Positions 1 to 12,793 of a DNA stretch of 64,000 nt are shown one piece after another. Within the stretch, counting starts at the first letter, position 1. Each line of letters opens with the position of its first letter. The stretch lies in the NCBI GenBank assembly GCA_905178155.1, contig CAJINV010000008.1:4179420-4243419 (forward strand), written 5' to 3'. The notes beneath the pieces are model-generated. The model saw only the letters and a list, made by a program, of their open reading frames with translations. It had not been told where the DNA came from and ran no database searches. Made by a program: the position numbers and the translations under genes. The DNA is from Amoebophrya sp. A120 (taxonomy: Eukaryota > Protista > Dinoflagellata).

Positions 1-1339
1 CAAGCATGTGAGCACCCAAGTGAAAGATCCTGTGCAAAACAGGACTAGCTGCGGAGACCAGAAAACATTAAGCAAGTAGAGCTGCTGCAAATACTGTACT
101 AAGCACAGCTCTGCTAGTACCATGTATGAGAACAGGATAGATTCGTAAGTATGACGAAATTTAGACGAATGTAAGAAGCGCAGAGAAAAGTTGAAAAAAG
201 CAAGTTGGCATATTGAAGATTGTGACGCCGGTGCTTTAGTACAAGAGCAAATTGAAATTCCCAATGTGGTTTTATGGCTTCGCAATATTTTTCGATCTGT
301 CGGTCCACGTCAATGGAAAAGCAAAAGCCGTGTGTATAACTGTAGGCGTTGACTCTACCCGCCGTTTACGATCTTCCTCGGTCGTACAGCTTCAACGAAC
401 GTTGTGCGTCTCTCACGACCCGCTGTTCACCGGAGTGCGTCCCCTTCATCTTGATCCACACAGAAAGAAGTTCAAGAACAGCAGGTGCGACGATAATTCC
501 TTTCATCATCAACTGCTTTCTTCGTACGTTGTGAGTTTGTGCCACTTTTTCGCAAACACGGCTGAACTGAAATAGTCTCACGTCGCTCGCGATTTTGGTC
601 GACCTTTTTTTGTCAAGTTGCGTAGGTACCAAGATTTAGCATCAAGAACCTGAAAGGTTGATTCGCGCACGACCTGAAGGTGATGAAGCGTATATGAAGT
701 AGCTAAGAAAGTTGAATTTTTTCGCACACGATCCCAAAAAACAAGAAGAAATATCGACAACACTACATGGATCACGACGGGTTCGGGTTGAACCCTGCAC
801 TTGTTAACATGAAATGGTCTTGTTGTATTGCTGTTTATAGTCTCGCCCGCTTGCTGTAACATTAGCTAGGACTCATCTATTGGTGGTTCTTGTCGTGATG
901 GTGCGCCAAATTCTTTCTTGGCTGTCAGCACGGAAGATCCAGCGCCAGCTACGGCAGTATTCAGCTCGACACGTTTCTCTTTTGATATTTCTATTCGCTA
1001 CGCCCAACTTCATTTTCATGTTCAATTTCCTACAGTTTCCGAAAAACACCTTTGGCGAGTGACATAGAAGTATCAATGTGACCGAAAACTCTAGTAAGTA
1101 TCTCATTCCATTTTCAATTTCAATGAAAAACATTCAACCTGAAAAGGATAATGGCTATCGCGCATAGAAGGATCGGTGAATGCCACTAGATTAGCAGCTT
1201 CTGCTGCTTTCATATTCGGAGTGGGAGCCCACAAGAAGTAGAACGGCAAACAGTCGTTGTTCATTCCCGTGCGTAAGTAAGCACGAGCACGGGCGAAGAC
1301 GCTGGGCGGAAGAATAAGAAACGCGACTACTATAGCAGG

Positions 1340-4300
1340 ATGGACGAGCGTTACCAGAGCCGCAGAAAAAACTACAAGAAAGGTACCACCTTCTAAAGAC
1401 AACGTCGTGCTCCTCCTGTTGTGGTAAATTTTGTTGCATTATGAAACCGATGCTCATGGTGCTACGTCATATAGTACGGTCGTGTTGCGTGTTGTCCTCA
1501 CGCTTTTCGTGTAGTAGTCGTAGTGGTAGTTCTAAAAGACGTGAAATATAATCCGAAAAGGTATCGACAGTGAGGACTTCCGCAGACGGCGCGAAAATGA
1601 GGAGGTCCAGATTCGAAAGTCGGAGAAAGAGGCCCAGATTGCTGCGAAGAGGCAGCAGCTGTCGCACTACCGGGATGGCGGTCCACTGGCACCAGGAGAC
1701 CACCAAAACCAGCCCTTCGGTAATCTGCAACAGCTCGCGCAGCAAGCCGGCCAGCCGAACCACAATACGAACACCTTCCAGTACGGAGGCTCAACCTCCA
1801 GCACCGCTGGCGGGGTCATCGGCGGCGAAGACCAGAGACTGGTGCAGATGACGGACGGCAACGACCCGAGCCGGTTTTTCCCGACCGACAACGAGATGCA
1901 AGCCACGTCAACAGCAAGCGGTGCTCTCTCCCCCCTGGAGATTGAAGCGCTGCAGCAGCTGCCCCAGATCGTCGCTGCGATAGGGGCGCCCACGGTGGTG
2001 AACGGGGTGCTCATAAATCTACAGGATGGGAGCGCGACTTCTGCGGCCGAGAACATAATTTCCGGGCCGCCCGTGCCCGGGGGCGGAACAGCAACAACAT
2101 CAAACGCGGCAAATGCAAATGGTATGGACCTCCAGGTCGTGAACGGCGGCGGCCCGGTCACGCTCGAGGATAAGCTGCTTGCGGTGACCAAAATCCGAAA
2201 ACTGCTGTCTATCGAACAAAACCCACCAATACAGCGCGTCATTGAGTCCGGGGTAGTGCCCAGCCTGATCGCGTTGTTGCGATCGAAGGATCTCGGAATT
2301 ACCGGGACGCCGGGATTTAACAAGCTCGCCTACCACTACGAGATTGATACGCAAAAATTCCTACCCCCCGTTCATATTTGCAGCAGTGTCCCTAAGTTGA
2401 TGTCATGACAAAAAGTATCTGCCAAATCTAGCCTTGTTCCTTAAGAGTCCATTGCTTTTGCCTTTTCGTAGACCTAGACTGGTGGCTGCATGATAAAAAT
2501 TACAAGGGCCGCGGTCGCGGCCTGGCTAACCGCGCGATAATTCTATCCGTGATCGTGTGCGGAGGCAAGATTCTAGTACTTTGTTATAGTGTGGAAGGTG
2601 CATTTCTGGCTCTGGCCTCCGTTGCAGCTGTTCAAGCATTTACAAGAGTAAAGTACTGCGGGTTGGAGTGAAAATTGTGAATTCTGATAATCACGACGAC
2701 GCGGGCGTCCAGAAAATACCGCACGACGTGCTGGAAGAGGCCCTTACGAAAATTTGCTTCGAGGCCGCCTGGGCGCTGACCAACATCGCCAGCGGAACCA
2801 TATCCTGTGCAAAAACATCCCCACCCCGGAGTTGTCATGCAGATCTGCAAGCACAAGAGCATTTGTAATGCGCATCCCCATGAGAGGTAATCCCCACCGT
2901 GTTTTGGAACTTGTAATGCTGTGAACCGGATAAGGAGATGGATTTGTTATGCGGCTTCCCTTGCTAAACTGCATTAATACACTACAGCCTGCAACTTGTC
3001 ATGCGTGGCTCCCAAAACTCTAGGGTTTGTGTTGCAAAATCCCCATCTTGACTCTGGGGTGAGGACGTTTTTACAAATGATAAACCAAGGAGCAGACGCA
3101 GGTGGTGATAGATCACGGCGCCATCCCCGTCTTCGTCCGACTGTTGTCCTCCTATCAAATGCAAAAATGTCTGGGTCTGGAAGGATGCAAGATTTGTCAT
3201 GCATATTTCTCATGACCCATGATGCCTGTAATGCTTGGCCAAGCATCGCAGACTTTGAGAGGGCTTCCTGATGTACCTTCCGCATGAGAAATGCCGCGTC
3301 CGTGTAGCAAAAACTGTACCCCTCTTGCTGGTCATGCAATACAAATTTTTTTAGAGTCCAAAAACACCATGACAAGTTGCAATCTTCCAGACCCAGACAT
3401 TTTTACATTCGATACCTCCAAGGACACCACAATACGCGAGCAGGCGATCTGGGCTCTGGGCAACATCTCCGGGGATTGCTCAACTATCATGGGAAAAAGT
3501 GCCCCTAGTACTAGAGACAGGGACGATGAAGACGAAGACGTGTTTGCATTGCACAAGATCCCAATCGTGCAAACATGATTCCCAAGCTTACCTATTCCAG
3601 CAGCTCCAGCAAATAACCGAATTCCCCATGAGCAAAAGCAAAATTTTTCGTTGCAAAAAGGCCTAGCTAGTAGCCACGGAGCTTGTCATATTTATGAGAA
3701 CGGTTTTCAACGCTTCGGCTCTGGATTTGAAACAGGACGCCTAGTCCTTTCATGCAAGACAAAAGCTCCCTATCTGGAAGCATTGCATCAGACATATTTC
3801 ACACTTCTGGGGGTGTTGGGGCACTTTCCATTTTGATATCAACGAGCAGAGATCTAGTTCTGAACGCGGGCGCTTTGCAGCCCATCATGGAGCAAGTGAG
3901 GCATAGTGGCAGGTAGGTTGATCTTCTCTTTCACTACTTCTACATTGCTAAAAGCACGATTTTGCGAAGAGGTTTGCGGCACAAGCTTCTTTGTTTTCCA
4001 TGACAAGGAAAATTTGCTATGGGTGCTTCCCACAGGGAAACCGACCTGTATCAACCACGGTCTGGTAATCATGGTAGCGAGTCAAACGCAAACGCTTCTG
4101 TGTTGCATTTTCTGCATCAGATTTTTAGACACAGTGAAGCTGGAGTTTTTATTTTTCCTTATGTCAAAACAGTCTCGAGCTCCTGCGAAACGCCACGTGG
4201 ACCATCAGCAACTTGTGCCGCGGCCGACCGCCACCAAGATTCGAGGAGGTCGCGCCCTGCCTCGCCATAGTGCAGATGCTCATCTACCACAACGACCTCG

Positions 4301-5910
4301 AAGTGGTAATAGACGCCTGCTGGGCCCTGGCCTACTTCTGCGATGGTATTCTGTTTTCTTGTTTTTATAAGAATTTGAGTATACAACTATGCAACTCTGC
4401 ATCTTTGTTCAGCTTGTTTTCATCTCAGATCCAAGATGTGACGATAGAATTAGAACGAGAAACTTTCCGTAAAGAAGATGACATTGTGTGAAACAACAGT
4501 AAGTACAGCAATATGCAGGAGAGGCCGATGCATGCAAGAACATCGCTTTCATGCGATAAAGTATGTAAGCAAAAAAAAAACCAAAGACAATCGAACTACA
4601 GGTGACCAGTCCGCGCGCCGCGTCGATCACATAATACAAGCTGGGGTGTGCAAAAAAGCTTGCGAACTCTTGTCGCACGAGGACTACCTCGCCGTCATAC
4701 CAGCGCTCCGACTCGTCGGGAACATCTGTGTGGGAACGGACACGCAAACCGACGTATCAATATCAGACTTTTGTTTTGCTTCGACATGATGAAACGAAAT
4801 CTTCCGCTTTCAACATCTTGACAATGCTATTGATCGCATGAAGATGAAGTTGCGAGTCGTACGTTTTTCTTCCAAGCACTGCTGCCCTCCTCTGATGAAC
4901 GCCTCTCTGTCTTCACTCAAAACAGTACATCCTGGATTGCGACGCGTTGCCCCAGCTGATGAAGCTGATGCAGCACGCGAAAAAGCACTTGAGAAAAGAG
5001 GCTTGCTGGACCATCTCGAACATAACTGCCGGCACGCCACGGCAAATTCAGCGCGTCATCGACTCCGGGGCCATGCAGGCCTTGATAAATCTCTGGCCGC
5101 AGGCAGAATTTGACGTGCGAAAGGAGGTAAGGTTATTTTTCAGTACTGCTGTTTACTAGTCGTGCTCACAAATCATCTTGTTCTTGACGTGCCGTCCCAG
5201 AACTACGAACTAAACTGCCTTCTAGCTCTGTCTTCTTTATTTTCAACACAGATTGTGATTGGTAAAAAGTGGTAGAATCAATGGTGCTTCAAAAAAATGC
5301 CCAAGTGGACCGACGATCCACTGCATGTTTGATGGAAAAAATACCCATTGATTTCGAACACCCGACGAACCAGATCGTCTGGTCACTGCGGAACGGTCTT
5401 GCGTCTGGCCACCCGGAGCATCTCGAGTACTTTCTTCAGCGCGGCGCCTTGCAGATCATGATCTCGACGCTCGATCACAAGTACGACCGCAAGATTTTGA
5501 TTGCTGCGGTGGAGGGCATCAATTTCGTCTTGGAGCGGGGCGTGTCCCTCACGAGTGGCGACGCCACGCAGTTTGTGCACGTGATCCAGGAGGCTGACGG
5601 GGTGGAAAAGTTGCGCGCGGTGCTCGACGCGGCCATGAATACCGAAGTCGGGAACATGGTGGAGCAGATCCTCACCCGGTATTTCCCCGAAGACGGCGAT
5701 GAAGACGATATCGTCTTCAACACTGGAGCAGGAGGTGACAATAGCACCGCCGCGACTGCACAAAATCACAGCTTGTTTGGCGGCGGCCCTCAAATAGGAA
5801 ACACAACTGCACCTGGAACCTCGTCTCTGACGAACAACCAGGCGCAGGCTTCCTCGTCTTTCGGCGCCGGGGCAAGTATCCCCGCCGGCGGCTTCCAGTT
5901 TGGTAGCTAG
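1340..5910 (+). CDS. Importin subunit alpha (karyopherin alpha), multi-exon
   Basis: IBB start MDERYQSRRKNYKKG|IDSEDFRRRRENEEVQIRK (GT-AG intron 1383-1560). ARM motifs FEAAWALTNIASGT|KEQTQVVIDHGAIPVFVRLLSS|KDTTIREQAIWALGNISGDC, LRNATWTISNLCRG, DACWALAY, PALRLVGNI, RKEACWTISNITAG. Frame is restored only by removing elements 2801-3082, 3153-3414 and 3485-3838 plus one TSD each, and a direct-repeat intron 2350-2689. Ends GGFQFGS*. Confidence 0.96.
2801..3082. mobile_element. Introner/MITE-like element, family B
   Basis: TSD aacca/aacca; TIR tatcctgtgcaaaaacatccccaccccggagt ... actctggggtgaggacgtttttacaaatgata. Confidence 0.95.
3153..3414. mobile_element. Introner element, family A
   Basis: TSD cctcc/cctcc; TIR tatcaaatgcaaaaatgtctgggtctggaag ... 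cttccagacccagacatttttacattcgata. Confidence 0.95.
3485..3838. mobile_element. Introner element, family D
   Basis: TSD tcaac/tcaac; TIR tatcatgggaaaaagtgcccc ... ggggcactttccattttgata. Confidence 0.9.
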
Positions 5911-7028
5911 CGAGGCCCCGTGCTGGTCTTCTGCAACAAGACGCGGCTGTTGAAATGAAGACGGGCTTTGCGGCCTCGCGTTTCGTGGGTCCTCGATAGT
6001 CAGAAATGAAAATCAAAAAATGAACTGGCGAGCGACGTCGTGATTACGAAAGCGACATCTGGCAAATAAGTCCTACAAGCATCAATCAACTGCGACTCCT
6101 GCGACAACATAATTGCGAAATACGACAAAAGAAAAGCAAACAACGACAGAAATGAAACAGAAAGTGAAGGAAAGCCACTTCTGTCGTGAAGGGCAACAGG
6201 CGGATTTTTCGCTCCCCAAAACGTTTTCCGTGTTGGGGCAACGGGTGTCTCTTTCCGTTCGAACGAATCAACGGAACGTGATAAAGATCCTCTTCGATTG
6301 TGGCTATTTTCTTTCCGCATTTGTGCGGTGTTAGTGGCTATCTGCATTGTTGCTTCGAGGATCACTGGCTCGTGCTTAGTTCATATGTCAACGCACTTCT
6401 GTAAATTCATGTTGTACTTCCTGTAATATCGGTTTTGGAGTTTGTGCTTTGGATTTTGTCGTCCATTCATTCGTCGTGGCTGCCTGTTCTATTGATATTT
6501 GCGACACCAGATCAATTTGCTCGTGTGTTGTACCAAGCCGTATAGATACTTAATTGACATGATTCATATGTGAAAATAGAAGCTTGCCGCGCTACTTTCG
6601 ACGCGTGAATATGCTCATTCAAACTGAGGGCTCTGATGCTCAAAGGGAACCAAAAAACTATAACATAGAAGCTTATACGCTCCACTTCGATCTCGTGATA
6701 GTACAGCAACAGGTCCAGTCCGAAGGGTGGATCCTCAGAACTTCCGGTCCCTTGTTGACGCTCCTGCTGACTGGACGACCAGGAGCTTCTTTCAATTGCA
6801 AACTTCTCAAATTGTGTGCAAAGACGCCATCCTTCTCTCAGCCGAGTTTAGTTCAGTCGTTGCTCTTTACTGTGGTTGCACGCTGATGCTCACATATCAT
6901 GTTTGCCGTGAAATACTTAAGTAGTCCATATCAAAGTTGGAACTGCAGAATTTACCTTCTCTATCTCAGCTTGTCTTTGTTTCGTTCATCTTCATACTAG
7001 AAAACTTCTAATAAAGCGAAGCCCGATC

Positions 7029-10000
7029 ATGAGCATCATGACGCGGCCCGACGAAAGAGCTGCGAAGACCTCGACATCTTCTGCTGCACTATTATCAAGA
7101 ACTGGAGGGGCAGCTCCGGCCCAAGACAGGAGCTCTTCCTGCAACAAGGCGCGAGAATACGAGCAGAGCGGCGCCGCGATATTAAGTCCCCCCTATCCGT
7201 CCAAGTTTGTTTTCGAAGAGCTCCCCATTCCGAGCGGTCAAGGTCTAGTCGCCGCGTCGATCGATTCCATTTGTTCCCCTTCATCGAGCAGAATCAGCAA
7301 TAAAGCGGACCAAGATGCACGACTTGCAGCACATGCCGCGACATGTGCCAAGCGGAATTGGCAAGTGGTTTTGTTCGACGAGCCCAAACACTGCTACTCC
7401 TTTCTGTTCCGAAACTACCTGAATGCGGATAGATCGGAGTTTTACTATGCTGAAATTTTGAATCACGCGCCATGGGAGGATATCATGAGTATAACAGTTT
7501 CTAGTTTCACTGCTAGTACACAAGAACTCGACTATGCTAATTTTTCTTTTTGTAGAGGCAAATTTTGTCATCGCGCACCAGGTCCATTTGTTTCATGGTG
7601 CGTGTGGGGTGCGGTTTTCAACAAAGGACCATTGGCGCTGCCCCCGTGGCAGGAGGAGAGCGGAACTTCAATAGTGCAACATGATTATCATTACTATACG
7701 AATTATGATTATCCCAGGTGGCCGGGACCAGAAAAAGCTTTCCCGCAAGACCGCCTGGTGGGTAACGGACCCGAATTGCACCTGCGCGTACACCTACGGG
7801 ACGGCGACGCGGGTGGAGTCAAAGAAGGAGGACAAAAAGCAAAAATTTGCCGGTCTGATGCGACAGCTGTGGCGGGAGCTGAAGTTTGACCAGATGACGG
7901 TCGTGCCGAATTCGGTGAATCTGAACCTGTACGAGGACGGGTCGCAGGGCGTGGGCTGGCACGCCGACAACGAGAGTCTGTTTGACGGCACGAACCAAGA
8001 CGCCCGGATTCTCTCGCTCTCCCTGGGAGGCAGTCGGGAGTTTTGGCTGGCGGATTTGGAGGGCGTTGAGGACGAAGATTACTTCTCGAAAGTGGACCGG
8101 AATTCCATCGTGGAGACAACACTGCATCAGGGCGACCTGATCACGATGGAGGGCATGATGCAGAAGTACACCCAACACTACGTGCCCTACGCGCACCACA
8201 GGAGGCGGGAAACCAAGCCGCGGATTAACCTGACCTTCCGTGACCTCGTTGTCCACAAGAAAAGCTGTGCGCTCAGCAAAGTATCAGCTGGTAGCACAGG
8301 AGCTATTCCTACGAAGGACGTCGCAAGCCGAAAGGCGGACATTTTTGGCGAGAAGGTGCTAGAAGTCGGGGCAATGAATAGTAGACCCTCAAGAACATCA
8401 TTTTTGGGACCGTATCGCTACCAGTGGTACGAGGAGCCACGGTATCACGATGTTGTTGAAAAGAAGAACGCCACAAAAATTATCACGACCCGTTGGACAG
8501 CCTGCACTCTTTGCAGCGACAATCCACATTTGAAGGGCAGAAGGTGTCTTCCCGTGGTGTCGACCAGGCAGCGACGGGATAATTATGGCAGCGCCTCTTC
8601 GTCCCATTCGTCCCGCAGCGGTGCCGTCGGCCAACGAGCAGGGACGACGGTGGACTACCTCTGCCGCAACTGCTGTGAGCAAAGATTTCCGAAAAGTGGG
8701 ATAGCCTCAAGAGGTTGTCACGGTGATAATGAATCAGCGACCACTTCTCGTTCTTTTACATCGGCCACGAATAGACCACAAGTTGCGGGCGGTCTTTCGC
8801 AAAGCGACAATACGAAGACCCCCAATAACCATGCTCCGGACGAAGAGAGTTCTACAGACAACCCAAGCCGCACCGCCGCGTCGATGCTTTCTCTCGGTGA
8901 ATTTCTCAACTTACAGGCCGGGGGAAGTAGCAGCAGCTCTTCATGCTCTCGTAGCAGTTCTACGTCCAGTCCGCGCCCCTTCTGCCTTACGACGTCATCG
9001 TCCAAGAGAGAAGTGGTTCACACCTACGACCCGAATAGCAGGTCGCCGCCACGAAGGCTGAAGCCAGCGCATTTGAGGCGAAGGGATAAAAAGCGGGACA
9101 ATTTTTGTGCTGGCGGTGACGCTGCACAATCTACGTCAGCGGGCGGGAACAGAGAGAAGGAGGACAAGAACAACTCGTGGAAGGACGATTGGTAAGCACT
9201 AGTTTTCTCATCTACCACTGTACGTTCAGTATTGTTCATTGTGCCGTCCTGATTTGATGATTCTCTTACTCGGGCTCGGGCTTGCCTCAGAATTTTGCTG
9301 TCTTGCAATCGAGCACGCACACCACAGTACGGCAGGACTAGCCTAATGAACTTCAGGAGAATTGTGTGCTTGAACACATATGAACCGACTTCCTATCTTG
9401 TACTTGTTGAAGATCACGCACGGTATACCACAACGATGTCAACGTCACGTCCTATAACAGGTCGTCCCAGAAGTGGCAATATGATCGCGGTACAACCGGT
9501 AGCACCAAAAACGACGGCAAGCGGTGGTACAAGGATCGACAGACTGGGGAGTGGAAGCAGTATGTTGACAGCAGCTACTCTGAGGTGGATCAAGATCAAC
9601 CTTGGAGCGAGGACAAGAAGTCGCTTTTGAGGGAAACCAGCGACAAGACAAGGACCGTCGTCGAGCAGATGAAGCGACTGCCTACAGAAGTGGTCGACGG
9701 AAAGAGCAAGACCGGAGGAGCGTTATCCCCTGATGCTGCACGACTAGGAGCTCAGCTTCCGGTTGTTTCGAGTGAGAGAGAACACCGGGGGTCATCTCCA
9801 CCTCCTCCTGCAGATGACAATAAAAGCAAGATCCTCCCGGCCCAGAAAATGAATGCGAATCCGTCTCCGACTTACAACACAACCCTGCTGGACGAAGTGG
9901 ATGACCTCCTGGTCGCTAGGGCCGCAGCGAAAGCTGCACGCCTCGTCGAAGAGGCCCACCGGGTCGACGTTACAGCTGTTGGTAAAGACGGCACAGACGA

Positions 10001-12170
10001 TGCTGAGCACGGGACGACGGAGGTTCTTGTTGTACAAAATAAAGGAACGGCGCCAATAGAAGCAGAGGAGAAGAGAACTACATGCCAAACAAGGCAATAT
10101 CCTCAAACAGCAGGTCGGGCGGCCCAAGCGGGCGATGACTGCAGCAGCGACAGGAGACCTGTCGACCACAGCAATAAACCGGACGACGAAAGTGCTGTGT
10201 TGCCGTCCGAGCACGACAAGAACTACACGAAAGCGCGACGAGCAGGACCAGATGACGACGAGGCAGGAGACAACGGCCGCAAGGGCGGTTGGTGGAGCAC
10301 GAAGAAGTATGAGGACGACGAAAAATATCACGCGGACGCATCCTCTCGGACGTGCAAAGCAACCTCAAAGACGAGCAACGACATCAGAACGTCGAAAACC
10401 CACGACAACTGCGACGCGGATCATACAACCTGTGTGGAGAAGGATGTTGTTGATGGAGGTGTTGATGGAGACTTCGACACGCAGAAAACAGATGAAAAGC
10501 AGAAGAAAACTTCTTCAAAGACTTCTTGGTGGCAGTGGAGTGGGTACAACAACGATGATGCCAAAAACAAAGCCTCCCCCAACAAGTGGACGTCTTCTAC
10601 AACTTCGTGGAAAAACTACAGGAACGAAGAAAGTTTTTACGGCTCCGATAAGCGTGATGACACTGACAGGTCGCGCCATAACTACAAAGACCATCACGAA
10701 GACGAAAGAGCGTGCTATAGCTACGAAGCAGCGAACGTGGGCGAAGAAAGACAAAGAACCACCACATCGGGGAAAAAAGAAGAATCAGAGCGGCAAGCAG
10801 ACCATAAAAGCAAATCGTGGTCTTCATCTGCAGTGTGGAGAGATCATGACAAAGCCCGGGACGAAGATGATCCAACTAAGAAATCCTGGTGGCGTGTTGA
10901 TTCCAAATCCAAGTATTGGTGGTGGAGCGCGAGCGACGACGGCTTCGACGAGGGTGGCAAGCAGTACGAAGAATGGCAACACAAAAAAGACCAGTACGAC
11001 AAAAAGTGGAAGCATGACCAGGGCTACGAGTGCGATTCAGACTCTTGGGCGGGAACAGACCAAGGTCAGGGGGGAGACGGAATGTTGGAAGAGCACCGGT
11101 CCCGACACGATAATTCGTCATCGAAAAATACTTCGCGGAACAAGTCCGCGCAAACTAAGAGCTACCATAATGATCATGCATCGGCGAGTCAGAAGGATGG
11201 AGAAAAAGACAACTGGAAAAACTATAGCTGCAACTCGTCTGCGGACGACCTCCGCCAGTCGTGGCACAAGAAGTGGAAAGGTAACAACTACAGCGGCACC
11301 TGGAGTAGCGAGCGATCGACCCACGAAGAAGCAACCACAAGCGCTTACTCGAAAAAAGACGAGACAAATAGCAGCGCTGGTCGTGAGTATGAAAGCAAAA
11401 ACACCTACAAGAGCTACAAGCAAGACGAAGAAGGTCACTTCTGGAATAAAAACTGGAAGAATTATAGGAAGGATGGCGAGGGGGGCAAGAGCTGGCACCA
11501 CGAGAAGCAAACAAGTAGAACGGATCACGAACACGATTACAAGGGCCGGAGTGCGGAGCAAGGAAACCAGCGCGCTAGCAAGGAGCCACACAGGCCGGCC
11601 GAACAAGGAGGTGGAGCCGTCGAAAGCGAGGTAGTAAAGCGAAATGACAAGCCGGAGCAAGTGCAAAAAGTGCACCGGCACCAGGTCGGCACTTTTCTGA
11701 TCGAGGAACCTGCTACGCCGGAGAAGGAGGGAAGCGGAAGGAGCGCTGGATCGCTTTATTCCCAAGAACCGAAGTTTTCCCTGGCGATGGTGGGGACTGC
11801 GGATGCAAGTTCTTGTGCTTCGGACAAGATGAATCTGCTCACGACGGCCCCGTCCACCAAAACAACTAGTTCATCTTCAAACGCGGCTGTTGTGAAACCA
11901 CCAAACCCTGTTGTACAGCTGGGCGGCACCCTCGTTCTGGAAGTAGACGATGACGATGTTGACTCTACTCGACACGAACACTTTTCTGGCGCGGACGCCG
12001 ATGACGACCGAACGCCCTTGCGGAATCAGAACAGGAAAAACAAGATCAAGGCTTCAGCACCCGTTGTCGACTGGACCGCGGCCTGGCAGAAAACCACGGG
12101 AGGTTGTGGTGGAAAAGCCCTTGCAAAAACCGCGGGAAGCAGGAGCAAGGCAGATCATGTGCAAGGATAA
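7029..12170 (+). CDS. AlkB-family (ALKBH2/3-like) 2OG-Fe(II) dioxygenase fused to a Cys-rich segment and a long low-complexity Trp/Lys/Asp-rich tail; exons 7029-7488, 7718-9191, 9461-12170
   Basis: Motifs PNSVNLNLYEDG..GWHADNE, ILSLSLGGSREF, GDLITMEG..QKYTQHYVP, RINLTFR. Both introns are GT-AG and join in frame (4644 nt coding). Joining the last exon is inferred from TG|gtaag...taacag|G. Confidence 0.85.
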
Positions 12171-12793
12171 GGAGACCAGTTGCGTTCCTCGCATTTTTCG
12201 AAGAACAAGAATCGGGGCTACTGGTGGTCGATGAAGAATTGAGCACCAGCAGGACAGTGTGTTGTTCCAAGCCTCGTAGTATATGATTTCGATTCAAAGA
12301 ACACTCCACGTGCAGCCGTCTCGAAGATAAAGTAACTTCACACTCATTTCACAACGAGCATGGCGAAAAACCTATTCTGGATTATTGAACAGATCGGACA
12401 ATAACAAGCCCCATGCTGCATGGTTGCTGCGCAATTCGTGACTCGCGATCCTAATCTTCTGCTCTGATCGGTGTTCATTTGGCTGACAAAAAACGCACTT
12501 TTATAACGTGCCTTTCTCTATTTGAAGACATTGACGTCGTTTTTTCCCTTTAATATTGACTGTATTCCGGTCGACGTCGTGCATTGGAAGTATCTGGAGA
12601 GATTTCTTTTCGTGTCCGATACCCGAAATGATTAAACATCATCAAAGTAAGAACAGGAAGGAACTATAACTAATGACCGTGTGGCATTGACTTCTATTCC
12701 GTATAAATACCGTTTGACCAAACCTTCTACCACGGTCCTCGCGCACGGTCTTCTGTCACTAATACGCGACAAGAGAAATTTATCCACGCAACT

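Noticed and set aside
1-1339. 3' end of an upstream gene (ORFs 252-575, 349-534)
   Set aside because: No recognisable motif or consistent exon structure.
10135-11634. 499-aa overlapping Thr-rich ORF
   Set aside because: Alternative frame of the low-complexity AlkB tail exon; stop scarcity is expected from its composition.
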